In this document: piece after piece, positions 1 through 8,524 of the stretch
Position numbering within the stretch: position 1 is the first letter of the stretch
How the letters are laid out: each line of letters starts with the position of its first letter
Origin: Rhodospirillales bacterium
GTDB lineage: Bacteria; Pseudomonadota; Alphaproteobacteria; Rhodospirillales; 2-12-FULL-67-15
DNA: 64,000 nucleotides
Direction of reading: 5' to 3'
NCBI GenBank assembly: GCA_016872535.1
Contig: VGZQ01000003.1
Location: 9,856-73,855 of the forward strand
Made by a program: the position numbers and the translations under genes
The notes under the pieces: generated by a model
The model's input: the letters and a program-made list of their open reading frames with translations, nothing else
Told to the model about the DNA's origin: nothing
Databases searched by the model: none

Positions 1-301
1 CCGAGAGTCGCTTCACCAGGTTGAACTGCTGGAAGATCATGCCGATGCGCCGGCGCATGTGGCGCAGGTCCCGGCGCCCGCTCGGGGTCGGCGTGCCCTC
101 GAAGCGGATATCGCCGCCGCTCGGCTCGACCAGGCGGTTGATGCAGCGCATCAGCGTGGATTTGCCCGCGCCGGAACGGCCGAGCACAACGATGAATTCC
201 CCGGCGCGCGCGTCGAACGACACGTCGTGAAGCGCGGTGTGCGCCCCATAACGCTTGTTGAGGTTGCGGACCTCGAGAATCGGCGCGGCCGGGGCGGTCA
301 C
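1..301 (-). CDS. phnC: Phosphonate ABC transporter ATP-binding protein (PhnC-type), N-terminal part; gene continues beyond window start
   Basis: Minus-strand frame from GTG at 301..299 reads VTAPAAPILEVRNLNKRYG...GEFIVVLGRSGAGKSTLMRCINRLVEPSGG (Walker A; PhnC-like RCINRL). Absent from ORF track because it is truncated by the window edge. Lies 28 bp downstream of phnD on the same strand. Confidence 0.8.
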   Translation of the reverse strand, partial: MTAPAAPILEVRNLNKRYGAHTALHDVSFDARAGEFIVVLGRSGAGKSTLMRCINRLVEPSGGDIRFEGTPTPSGRRDLRHMRRRIGMIFQQFNLVKRLS

Positions 302-329
302 GATTCCACCCCGGCCGTGGACGTTTCGC

Positions 330-1199
330 TCACTTACCGGCTGCTTTCTTCTGCTGATCCTGGAAGGCGATCAGTTCGCGCACCGTGTCGTAATCCTTGT
401 CGGTCGCCGGATCCATCGCGTTGACGACGCCGAGCTTGCCGAACTGGACGTTGCTGATGGCCAGCAGGCCCTTGCGCAGCTTGTCCTGCAGGTCCTTGGG
501 CAGGTTGGTACGCACGACGAAGGGCGAGCCGGGGATCGGATCGGACTCGAACACGATCCGCACGTCCTCTTTCTTCAATTGGCCGCGGGATATGGCAAGA
601 TCGTAGACCTCGTCGGCGATGCCGGCGGCGTTGACCTTGCCTTCCTTGACCGCGATCAACGAGGCCTGGTGGGTGCCGGAATAATAGAGCGACTTGAAAT
701 CCTTTTCCGGGTTGATGCCGTTCTTGTGCAGCGCGAGCCGGGGCACGAAGTTGCCCGAGGTCGAGGCCGGATCGACCAGCGCGAAGGTCTTGCCCTTGAG
801 GTCGGCGAGCGAACGAATCGGCTGATCGGGATGCGCGATGATCAGCGCGCGGTAAGAGGATTTTCCCGTCTGCGCCATCACCCCGCGCGCGACCGGATCA
901 ACCCCCACCTTGACCTTATCCTTGGCCAGGATGTAGGCGGCCGGACCCAGGAACGCGACTTCGAGCTTGTCGGATTTCAGCGCCTCGACGACCGCGCTGT
1001 AGTCGAGGGCGACGAACGGCTTAACCTTCATGCCGACCGCGGCCTCGAACGCCTTGATGAACGGCTGCGAATCGGCGATCAGCTTGTCCGCGTCCTCGGA
1101 CGGGATCAGGCCGAAACGGATTTCGTTGGTTTGGGCGAACGCGGCCGGAGCGGCGAGCAGGCCGAACGCGGCGGCGGCCAACAGCGTGCGACGTAACAT
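330..1199 (-). CDS. phnD: Phosphonate/phosphite ABC transporter periplasmic substrate-binding protein (PhnD family)
   Basis: 289-aa ORF with signal peptide (MLRRTLLAAAAFGLLAAPAAFAQ). PhnD-family blocks IRFGLIPSED, EVAFLGPAAY, LVDPASTSG. Confidence 0.85.
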   Translation of the reverse strand: MLRRTLLAAAAFGLLAAPAAFAQTNEIRFGLIPSEDADKLIADSQPFIKAFEAAVGMKVKPFVALDYSAVVEALKSDKLEVAFLGPAAYILAKDKVKVGVDPVARGVMAQTGKSSYRALIIAHPDQPIRSLADLKGKTFALVDPASTSGNFVPRLALHKNGINPEKDFKSLYYSGTHQASLIAVKEGKVNAAGIADEVYDLAISRGQLKKEDVRIVFESDPIPGSPFVVRTNLPKDLQDKLRKGLLAISNVQFGKLGVVNAMDPATDKDYDTVRELIAFQDQQKKAAGK

Positions 1200-1255
1200 C
1201 TTTGGGGCCTCCCCTGTCTGGTTTGTCGACGACGTTTATACCGGCCATAGTAGCC

Positions 1256-2449
1256 TCAGGGCGCGCCGGATTTCACCCCTAATTCGCGCAGAGCGTTCCG
1301 CACGGCGGCCAGGGCTCCGCGCATTTCGCGTTGGCCAATGGCGCCAATGCACCCCATGCGGAAGGAATCGGCGACCGTGAGCTTGCCCGGATAGATGACA
1401 TAGCCCTGATCCTTCAGCAGATTGTAGAACCGCTCGAACTTGAAGTTGGGGTCTTTCGGCATGCGGAAGGTGACGATGATCGGCGCCTGCAGCTTATCCG
1501 GCAGCAAGGTGACGAAACCCATCTTGCGCATGCCGTTGACCAGGGTCCGGCAGTTGGCGGAATAACGCGCGTTGCGGCCCTTGACCCCGCCCGCCTTGTC
1601 GAACTGCTCGATCGCCTTGTCGAGGGCGACGATGACGTGAATCGGCGGGGTGAAGCGCCATTGCTTGTTGGCTTCCATCGCCTGCCACTGGTCGTAGAGA
1701 TCGAGGCTGAGCGAATGGGCGTTGCCCTTGGCGGCCTTGAGCGTCTCGGTCCGGACGATGACGAAGCCCATCCCCGGCACGCCTTCCAGGTTCTTGTTGG
1801 AGGACGCCATCACCGCGTCGCACGGCGTCGCCTTGAGGTCGAGCGGAATGGCGCCGAACGCGCTCATGGAATCGAGCAGCAGCGCGCGCCCGCGCGCCTT
1901 CGCGATCCGGGCGACTTCGTCGACGGGGTTGAGCAATCCCGACGTGGTCTCGCAGTGGATCATCAGCACGTGGGTGAGCGACGGATCGGCGGCCAGGCGC
2001 CGGTCGACCTCGGCCGGATCGGGCGGCGTGTCCTCGGCCGTCTCGTAGGCCGCATAGGCGCGGCCCATGTAGTCGAGAATCTTGCACATGCGCTTGCCGT
2101 AGGCGCCGTTGACCAGCACCAGCGCCTTGCCGTTCCTCGGCACCAGGGTTCCGATCGCGGCCTCGACCGCGAAGGTGCCGCTGCCCTGCATCGGCACGGT
2201 GACGTGGGTGTCGCTGGCGTTGACGATGGCGCGCAGCCGGTCGCGCACGCGGGCGTTGATGGCGATGAAGGTGGCGTCGCGCGAGCCCCAATCGCGCAGC
2301 ATGGCTTCCTTGGTCGCGCGGGTGGTGGTGAGCGGGCCCGGCGTCAGCAGAATGGGATCGCGAAATTTGGTTTTGGCGCGGCGGGTTTTTTTCGTGCGAG
2401 TGGGGGACTTGCGCGCGCGAAGCAGCGAGCGGCCGGCGGTGCGGGGCAT
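1256..2449 (-). CDS. phnW: 2-aminoethylphosphonate--pyruvate transaminase (PhnW), class V aminotransferase
   Basis: 397-aa ORF. Carries the LLTPGPLTT N-motif and a class-V fold (SSNKNLEGVPGMGFV around the PLP Lys region). It has an unusual basic extension of about 30 aa (MPRTAGRSLLRARKSPTRTKKTRRAKTKF), and no alternative canonical start lies before the conserved LLTPGP. Confidence 0.85.
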   Translation of the reverse strand: MPRTAGRSLLRARKSPTRTKKTRRAKTKFRDPILLTPGPLTTTRATKEAMLRDWGSRDATFIAINARVRDRLRAIVNASDTHVTVPMQGSGTFAVEAAIGTLVPRNGKALVLVNGAYGKRMCKILDYMGRAYAAYETAEDTPPDPAEVDRRLAADPSLTHVLMIHCETTSGLLNPVDEVARIAKARGRALLLDSMSAFGAIPLDLKATPCDAVMASSNKNLEGVPGMGFVIVRTETLKAAKGNAHSLSLDLYDQWQAMEANKQWRFTPPIHVIVALDKAIEQFDKAGGVKGRNARYSANCRTLVNGMRKMGFVTLLPDKLQAPIIVTFRMPKDPNFKFERFYNLLKDQGYVIYPGKLTVADSFRMGCIGAIGQREMRGALAAVRNALRELGVKSGAP

Positions 2450-2514
2450 GGCGGGTTCCCTGATGGGTGGCGGGACCCCGATTATCGAGGATATTTCCGC
2501 CTGAATCCAGACAT

Positions 2515-2543
2515 CGCCGGGTTCCGTCGAGCGGAACCCGGCG
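2515..2543 (-). terminator. Perfect 12-bp GC-rich stem-loop 24 nt after the cytochrome gene stop; no U-tract
   Basis: CGCCGGGTTCCG-tcgag-CGGAACCCGGCG read directly. It lacks a trailing T/U run on either strand, so it is either a U-less terminator or an mRNA 3-prime stabiliser. Confidence 0.3.
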
Positions 2544-2566
2544 GTCGGATCGAAAGCCCCGCCGGC

Positions 2567-3385
2567 TTACTTTTTCGCCGCGAATTCGCGCAGCGGCTTG
2601 AGCGAAAACAGGAAATCGTCCTTGTCCAACGGTTTATGGCAGGCGTAACACTCGGCCAGGTTGGCGGTGCCGCGCGGCGTTTTGTCGGCGTTGAAAATGC
2701 CGTAGTTCCAGTCGCCGTTCTTGAGCAGGTCCGGGATGTCCTTGCCCCAACCCGCCTGCATTTCCATCACCGTGGTGAAGGAAATCTTATCGGGTTCCAG
2801 ATGGCCGTCCTTGCCGGTCACCGGTTTGCCGGCGGAATCGAGCTTGGGCGTGAAGACATCGAGCACGAAGATCGCTCCGTTGGGCATGGGCTTGCCGTCC
2901 TTCGCCGCCTTGACGGCAACGTCGTTGGCATAGAGATGGCGCACCTGCGGCCGCTCGGGATAGTTGACCGTTTGATAGAGGGTGTACTTCGTGCGGTAAT
3001 CGTCGGGCAGCTTGACCCGGGTGTTGAGCAGAGTCGGGAACATGGACGAGGTGTCGGTGCCCTTGGACGCCCCCTGCAGGCCGGCATAGAAGGCGGCGAC
3101 GTTGGCAATGTCCGCCGGCGTGATCTGGGCGGCGATCGCGTTCATGACCGCGTTCTTGCGCGCGCCCGACTTGAACGCGGTCAGTTGCGAGGCGAGGTAC
3201 GCCTGCTTCTGGCCGGCGAGGTTGGGGATGGCGGCGCTGACGCTGACGCCGTTGGCGCCGTGGCAGGCGGCGCAAACCTGCTCGGCTTTGGCCTTGCCGG
3301 CGGCAAGGTCCGGCGTCGGCGCTTGGGCCAGGGCGAGGGCCGGTGCGAAGGCGGCGGCGCCGAAAACGAACGCGAAACGTTTCAT
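2567..3385 (-). CDS. Periplasmic di-heme protein: class I cytochrome c domain fused to a cytochrome P460-like domain
   Basis: 272-aa ORF with signal peptide MKRFAFVFGAAAFAPALALA. The N-half has CAACHG plus a candidate distal Met (NAVMNAI). The C-half has a second CXXCH (CYACH) near the C-terminus in a context (GDWNYGIFN...ECYACHKPL) that I recognise as P460-family-like. Confidence 0.8.
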   Translation of the reverse strand: MKRFAFVFGAAAFAPALALAQAPTPDLAAGKAKAEQVCAACHGANGVSVSAAIPNLAGQKQAYLASQLTAFKSGARKNAVMNAIAAQITPADIANVAAFYAGLQGASKGTDTSSMFPTLLNTRVKLPDDYRTKYTLYQTVNYPERPQVRHLYANDVAVKAAKDGKPMPNGAIFVLDVFTPKLDSAGKPVTGKDGHLEPDKISFTTVMEMQAGWGKDIPDLLKNGDWNYGIFNADKTPRGTANLAECYACHKPLDKDDFLFSLKPLREFAAKK

Positions 3386-3494
3386 GGCGAGATACCCCCT
3401 CTTGCGAAAGTTGGTCGTGAACCGCCGCGACTATGCCCAACCCGTATCGGGTCGAAAAGATACAGCCGTCGCGTTCACGCAAGAGTGAAGAAAG

Positions 3495-5219
3495 CTACCT
3501 TCGCCGCCACGCCTGGGTGCGAGCCAACACCCCCCGGGTCAGCGCGAAGTGGAGAATGCGCACCGCGGCCGAGGTGTAGACGATCATCATGCCCATGGCC
3601 GCGGCCGAGGCCAGTTCGCCCGCGTCGTCCATGTTGAGCACCGCGACCGAAGCGAGCGCCGTGTGCGGGGCGTAGAGGAACACCACCGCCGACACCGTGG
3701 TCATGGCGTTGACGAACAGATACATGCTGATGTCGAGCGCGGCCGGCGCGCACACCGGCACCGTGACCCGCGCGAAGGTCTTGTAGACCGGCACCTTGAG
3801 CGAGGCCGACACCGCCTCAAACTCGGCGTCCAACTGCTTCAGCGCGGTCACGGCGGTCAGGTGCGCGACGGTGTAGAAATGGACGACCGTGTTGATCACC
3901 AGGATCGCCATGGTGTGATAGAGGCCGCCGAGCGGGTTACTGGGCGCGTTGAAGAAAAAGACATAGGCGAGGCCCAGCACCAATCCCGGCACCGCCATCG
4001 GCATCATGGCGAGGAACTGGAGCGCGAGCCGCGCCGTGCGGAAAGCGCGGCATTTTTCGACCAGGTAGGCGCCGACGAACACGACCGTGGTGCCGATCGC
4101 GGCGGTCCACGCCGCCATGACCAGCGAATTGCGGTACGACGCCCAGCCGCCGCCGTCGCGCAGGTCGAACTGGTAGTGGTAGTTGGTGAGCGTCAGGTTG
4201 TAGGGCCAGAGCTTGATCCAGGACGCGTAGGCCGCGACCGCGAGCACGGTCAGGATCGCGGCCCCGACCAGGGCGCAGAACGCGAAAAACAGGGCGTCGC
4301 GGCCGCGCTTCGGTTTGGCTTCGTACGGCACCGCGCGCGCGGTCAGCGCCGCGCTCTGGCGCCGCTCCGCCAGCCGGTCGGCGAAGAAGGCGAGCACCGC
4401 CGGGCCGAGCAGGATCATGCTCACCACCGCACCCATCTCGAAATCGTGCCGCCCGACCACCTGTTTGTAGACGTCGGTCGCCAGCACGTTGTACTTGCCG
4501 CCGATCACCTTAGGCACGCCGAAATCGGTGATGACCAGGGTGAAGACGACGAAGAACGCGCTGATCAGGCCGTAACGCACGCCGGGAAGCGTGACGGTGA
4601 AGAAGATGCGCGTCTTGCTGGCGCCGAGGGATTCAGCCGCCTCGTAGAGCCGGGCGTCGCTGGTCGATAGCGCGATCAGAAGGATCGTCAGCGCGTGCGG
4701 GAAGACGTAGAACAATTCGCCCAGCACGATGCCGATCGGCCCGTAGATGGTTTCGCCCATGAGCAGGCCCTTGGCGAGCCCCTGGTTGCCGAACAGGTAA
4801 ACGAGCGAAATGGCGGGCAGCAGCGACGGCATCAGGATCGGAATCAGCGCGATCCCCTTGAACACGCTCTTGAACGACATGCAGGTGCGGGTCAGGCCGT
4901 AGGCGAACAGGAAGGCGAGCGGCAGCGCGATCAGGGTGGTGATGAAGGTGACCACCAGGCTGTTGCCGATCGAATAGAACAGCGCCGGGGTCGAAAAATA
5001 AGTCCGGTAATTGGCGAGCCCGACGAATTGGCCGTCGGCGTTCTGGAAGCCCTTGGCGAGGAGGGCGTAGAGCGGCGCGGCGATCCCGATCAGGAGCGCG
5101 CCGACGATCAGCGCGGTCGCGGCGAGAAGGATCTTGTCGTCGGCGGACATGCGCGCCCGGATCGGCCCCCGCACGGGGGCGAGGCCCTCCGGGGAGACCG
5201 CGATGACGGGCCGGCTCAC
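3495..5219 (-). CDS. Fused (duplicated) ABC transporter permease of the Fe(III)/2-aminoethylphosphonate type (PhnU/PhnV-like)
   Basis: 574-aa polytopic ORF with two permease halves (about 12 TM). It lies directly downstream (9 bp) of the ATPase gene in the same operon. Confidence 0.85.
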   Translation of the reverse strand: MSRPVIAVSPEGLAPVRGPIRARMSADDKILLAATALIVGALLIGIAAPLYALLAKGFQNADGQFVGLANYRTYFSTPALFYSIGNSLVVTFITTLIALPLAFLFAYGLTRTCMSFKSVFKGIALIPILMPSLLPAISLVYLFGNQGLAKGLLMGETIYGPIGIVLGELFYVFPHALTILLIALSTSDARLYEAAESLGASKTRIFFTVTLPGVRYGLISAFFVVFTLVITDFGVPKVIGGKYNVLATDVYKQVVGRHDFEMGAVVSMILLGPAVLAFFADRLAERRQSAALTARAVPYEAKPKRGRDALFFAFCALVGAAILTVLAVAAYASWIKLWPYNLTLTNYHYQFDLRDGGGWASYRNSLVMAAWTAAIGTTVVFVGAYLVEKCRAFRTARLALQFLAMMPMAVPGLVLGLAYVFFFNAPSNPLGGLYHTMAILVINTVVHFYTVAHLTAVTALKQLDAEFEAVSASLKVPVYKTFARVTVPVCAPAALDISMYLFVNAMTTVSAVVFLYAPHTALASVAVLNMDDAGELASAAAMGMMIVYTSAAVRILHFALTRGVLARTQAWRRR

Positions 5220-5228
5220 GGCGACGAC

Positions 5229-6341
5229 CTATGATTTGCCGTTGAAGACGAGAATGCGCTCGGGCGGGACGGCGACGAGGAACTGCGCGCCCTCGCGCAC
5301 GCCGAGGTCGCGCACGAGGTTGGTGGAAAAGTCGGCGAGCAGTTCGAATCCGCCGTCGCCTTCGCTCCTAAGCGTCGCCCGCCAGAACGAGCCCAGGAAT
5401 TCGATCGTGGCGACGGAAACCGGAAACGCGTTGGCGTCCGCCGCCGCGATGCCGCGCACCGTCACGTCCTCGGGCCGGACGCAGACGGTCGCGGGTTGGC
5501 CCGCGCGGAGCCCTTCGCCGGCGGCGAATTCGACCGCGCCGACGCGCACGCGCCCGCCTGGGGTCACCGTACCCTTGAGGAAGTTCATCGAGCCGACGAA
5601 ATCGGCGATGAACGGCGTCGCCGGACGGCCGTAGATGTCCTCGGGCGTGCCGACCTGCTCGATCCGGCCCTGGTTCATGACCACGATCCGGTCGGCCATG
5701 GTCAGTGCTTCCTCCTGGTCGTGGGTGACCATGATGGTGGTGACGCCGAGCTTTTCCTGCAGCGCCTTGATTTCGCGGCGGAGATGAACGCGCACCTTGG
5801 CATCCAGCGCGCTCAGCGGTTCGTCGAGGAGCAGCAGGCCGGGCGACGTGGCGAGCGCGCGGGCAAGCGCGACCCGCTGCTGCTGGCCGCCGGAAATCTG
5901 CGAGGGATACTTGTCGGCGTGTTCGGTAAGCCCGACCAGGTCCAGCAATTCGTTCACCCGTCGCGCGGTCTCGGCGCGCGCCGCGCGCCGCGATTCGAGG
6001 CCGTAGGCGACGTTCTTGCGGACCGTCAGGTTGGGAAAGAGAGCGTAGGACTGAAAGACGATGCCGAAATCGCGTTCCGCCGGCGGCAACGCCGAAATAT
6101 CGCGTCCGGCCTGGATGATTTGGCCCCGGGTCTGGATATCGAGCCCGGCGATGGCGCGCAACAGCGTCGTCTTGCCGCACCCCGAGGGCCCGAGGAAACA
6201 GACGAAATCGCCCTCGTGGACGTCGAGCGACACGTCGCTGAGCGCGGCGAACTCGCCGAACATCTTGCTCAGGCCGCGGATCGAGAGATAGGGGGCGCGC
6301 TCCGTTCGCGCTTCCCGTACATTTTCCTCGAGTGCCGTCAT
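5229..6341 (-). CDS. phnT: ABC transporter ATP-binding protein, putative 2-aminoethylphosphonate importer ATPase (PhnT-like)
   Basis: Walker A GPSGCGKTT, signature ISGGQQQRVALARAL, Walker B LLLLDEP, C-terminal TOBE-like domain. I place the start at ATG 6341 (MTALEENV...); the track ORF start at 6380 lies inside the G/C repeat. Confidence 0.85.
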   Translation of the reverse strand: MTALEENVREARTERAPYLSIRGLSKMFGEFAALSDVSLDVHEGDFVCFLGPSGCGKTTLLRAIAGLDIQTRGQIIQAGRDISALPPAERDFGIVFQSYALFPNLTVRKNVAYGLESRRAARAETARRVNELLDLVGLTEHADKYPSQISGGQQQRVALARALATSPGLLLLDEPLSALDAKVRVHLRREIKALQEKLGVTTIMVTHDQEEALTMADRIVVMNQGRIEQVGTPEDIYGRPATPFIADFVGSMNFLKGTVTPGGRVRVGAVEFAAGEGLRAGQPATVCVRPEDVTVRGIAAADANAFPVSVATIEFLGSFWRATLRSEGDGGFELLADFSTNLVRDLGVREGAQFLVAVPPERILVFNGKS

Positions 6342-6367
6342 CGAGAAATCCCAACCCCCCACCCCAA

Positions 6368-6428
6368 CCCTCCCCCGCAAGGGGGGAGGGGACTTTTATA
6401 GTAACCCCCCTCCCCTTGCGGGAGGGGG
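6368..6428. repeat. Pair of 9-bp G/C-homopolymer hairpins (REP-like intergenic element) flanked by G-/C-tract runs
   Basis: H1 at 6368-6390 is CCCTCCCCC-gcaag-GGGGGAGGG. H2 at 6406-6428 is CCCCCTCCC-cttgc-GGGAGGGGG. They are flanked by C-tracts (6350-6376) and G-tracts (6420-6440). The element lies in the 148-bp phnS-phnT spacer. Confidence 0.7.
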
Positions 6429-6489
6429 TAGGGGGAGGGGTCGCTTTCGCCTGGACGAAAACCGACGAGGAGCGGCGATAACGAAACCG

Positions 6490-7530
6490 TCACTTCTTCG
6501 GATCGGATTTGGAGTCGTAACGCTTCTGCCATTCGTTGAGGATGCGGATGCGGTTATCCGCCGCCCAGCCGAAGTCGTTCTTGGCGAACCTGTTCGGGAT
6601 ATCCTGCAGCTCCTTGGTCGGGTTGGGAACGCCGGGCATGGAAACGGCCTCGTAGCCGGGGGCGTAGAGGTCCATGGCCTGGCGGCTGACCGACCAATCG
6701 GCGACCTTGCGGGCGAGGTCGAGCTTCTTGGTATTCTTGACGATGGCGAAGGCTTCGAGTTCCCAGCCGAGTCCCTCGGACGGGAACACGACCTCGAGCG
6801 GCGCGCCCTCGGCCTTGGACTTCACGCCGCGGTAAGCGAAGGAGACGCCGAGCGGCACTTCGCCCGAAGCCGCGAGCCGGCACGGCGCCGAGCCCGAATG
6901 GGTGTAGCGGGCGATGTTCTCGTGCAGCTTGTCCATGTACGCCCAGCCGTCCTTCTCGCCCCACATCTGCAGCCAACTGGAGACGTCGAGGAAGCCGGTG
7001 CCCGACGAATTCGGATTGGGCATGACGACGCTGCCCTTGTAGACCGGCTTGGTCAGGTCCATCCACGACGCCGGTATCGGCAGGTTCTTCTTTTTGGCCT
7101 CGACGGTGTTGACGCAGACGGCCGCCGCGTAGACGCGCTGGCCGATCCACTGCGGCGGGTTGTTCTTGGTGTCGTAGTAGCGCTTGTCGAGCTTGTCGAG
7201 GCCCTTGGGCGCGTAGCCCTGGAAATAACCCTGGTTGGCGAGCAGCACCAGGCTGGTGGCGGCCAAACCGTAGACCATGTCGGCCTTGGGATTGTCTTTC
7301 TCGGCGAGCAGCTTGGAGGTGACGATGCCGGTCGAATCGCGCACCCATTTCACGTCCACGTCGGGCACGGCGTCCTCGATCGCCTTCTTGAACTTGGCGA
7401 GCTCGTCGGCCTCGATCGCGGTGTAGATCAAGAGATCGGTCTTGGCGGCGGCGGGTTGGGCCGCGAAGGCGGCCAGGGCCACGCCGGCGGCCAGGCCCCA
7501 GGCGATTTTGGCGGCGCGTTGAAAGGTCAT
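6490..7530 (-). CDS. phnS: Periplasmic substrate-binding protein, putative 2-aminoethylphosphonate ABC transporter (PhnS-like, Fe(III)-SBP fold)
   Basis: Start placed at ATG 7530, preceded by AAGGAGG (MTFQRAAKIAWGLAAGVALAAFAAQPAAA signal peptide). Conserved blocks LLIYTAIEADE and WVRDSTG. Confidence 0.85.
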   Translation of the reverse strand: MTFQRAAKIAWGLAAGVALAAFAAQPAAAKTDLLIYTAIEADELAKFKKAIEDAVPDVDVKWVRDSTGIVTSKLLAEKDNPKADMVYGLAATSLVLLANQGYFQGYAPKGLDKLDKRYYDTKNNPPQWIGQRVYAAAVCVNTVEAKKKNLPIPASWMDLTKPVYKGSVVMPNPNSSGTGFLDVSSWLQMWGEKDGWAYMDKLHENIARYTHSGSAPCRLAASGEVPLGVSFAYRGVKSKAEGAPLEVVFPSEGLGWELEAFAIVKNTKKLDLARKVADWSVSRQAMDLYAPGYEAVSMPGVPNPTKELQDIPNRFAKNDFGWAADNRIRILNEWQKRYDSKSDPKK

Positions 7531-7747
7531 TGGTCGGATCCTCCTTGTCGATGATGTTGTTGGCGTGTTGCGGCCGTGCGCGGAAAGCCGGGTTTTTTCA
7601 GCACCACATAGTTCCACAATATTCCTCACTTCGCCACTACCCCAGGGGAGTGCCGCGCCCGCCGCCATTCTACCTTGCTATGGTGATGCATAAACGGGGA
7701 AAAAGTGATATTTTCTTGATACTTCCGGGAACGCTAGGATTTTAGCC

Positions 7748-8506
7748 ATGCTCGCGGAACGCCGCCGCGCCCTGATTCTCGACGTCATCGCCCGTCACGG
7801 CTCGGCCAGCGTCGCCGAACTCGCCCGTCGGCTGAAAGTGTCGCGCGAAACCATACGGCGCGATCTGCTGCGCCTCGAGGCCGACAACAAGCTCGCCAAG
7901 ACCCACGGCGGGGCGCTGGCGCTCGGCGCGGTCGAGCCGGCGGTCGCCGACCGCATGAAGGTCAACATCGCGGGCAAGCGCGCGATCGCGCGCGCGGCCG
8001 CCGAAACGGTCGCCGACGGGGCAAGCGTGATTCTCGATTGCGGCACCACCGCGCTCTGCCTCGCCGAAATGCTGGTCGCGCGGCGGCGGCTCACGATCCT
8101 GACCAACGATCTGGAGGTGGCGGGACGGCTCGCCGGGCGCAACGACAACAAGGTGTTTCTCCTCGGCGGCGAGCTGGCCGGCAACCAGAGCGCCACCTTC
8201 GGGCGCGACGCGCCCGCCATGCTCGCCGGCCATCTCGCCGACATGGCCTTCGTCAGCCCGGCGGTGGTGTCGGATCACCCGTGGCTGATGGACTACACGC
8301 GCGAGGCGGCGGCGCTGCACGAAGCCATGATCGCCCAGGCCCGCGCCGTCGTCCTCTTGGTCGACGGCACCAAGTTCGGCCGCACCGCGCCCGCGCGCGT
8401 CGCCGCGTTCGAGCGCGCCCACACCTTGATCACCGATATCGATCCGCCCGCGGCCCGCCTGCGCGCGCTGAAAACGATCGCCGGCAAGGTCGTGGTGGCG
8501 AAATAA
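7748..8506 (+). CDS. DeoR family transcriptional regulator
   Basis: 252-aa ORF. N-terminal HTH (SVAELARRLKVSRETIRRDLLRLE) plus a DeoR C-terminal sugar-phosphate-binding-like domain. Divergent from phnS across a 217-bp AT-richer spacer. Confidence 0.85.
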   Translation: MLAERRRALILDVIARHGSASVAELARRLKVSRETIRRDLLRLEADNKLAKTHGGALALGAVEPAVADRMKVNIAGKRAIARAAAETVADGASVILDCGTTALCLAEMLVARRRLTILTNDLEVAGRLAGRNDNKVFLLGGELAGNQSATFGRDAPAMLAGHLADMAFVSPAVVSDHPWLMDYTREAAALHEAMIAQARAVVLLVDGTKFGRTAPARVAAFERAHTLITDIDPPAARLRALKTIAGKVVVAK

Positions 8507-8524
8507 CGAATAGATCGGCGACCT

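Noticed and set aside
1331-3637. 768-aa plus-strand ORF spanning phnW, the cytochrome gene and part of the permease gene
   Set aside because: It runs antisense to three well-supported minus-strand genes and across their intergenic spacers. The translation is Arg/Gly/Ala/Asp low-complexity, typical of stop-free antisense frames in high-GC DNA. I recognise no family motifs.
6338-6532. 64-aa ORF (…PYPLPQGEGGYYKSPLPPCGGGLGWG…) across the phnS-phnT spacer
   Set aside because: The translation is simply a read-through of the G/C-homopolymer hairpin repeat. It also overlaps the phnS 3-prime end and the phnT start.
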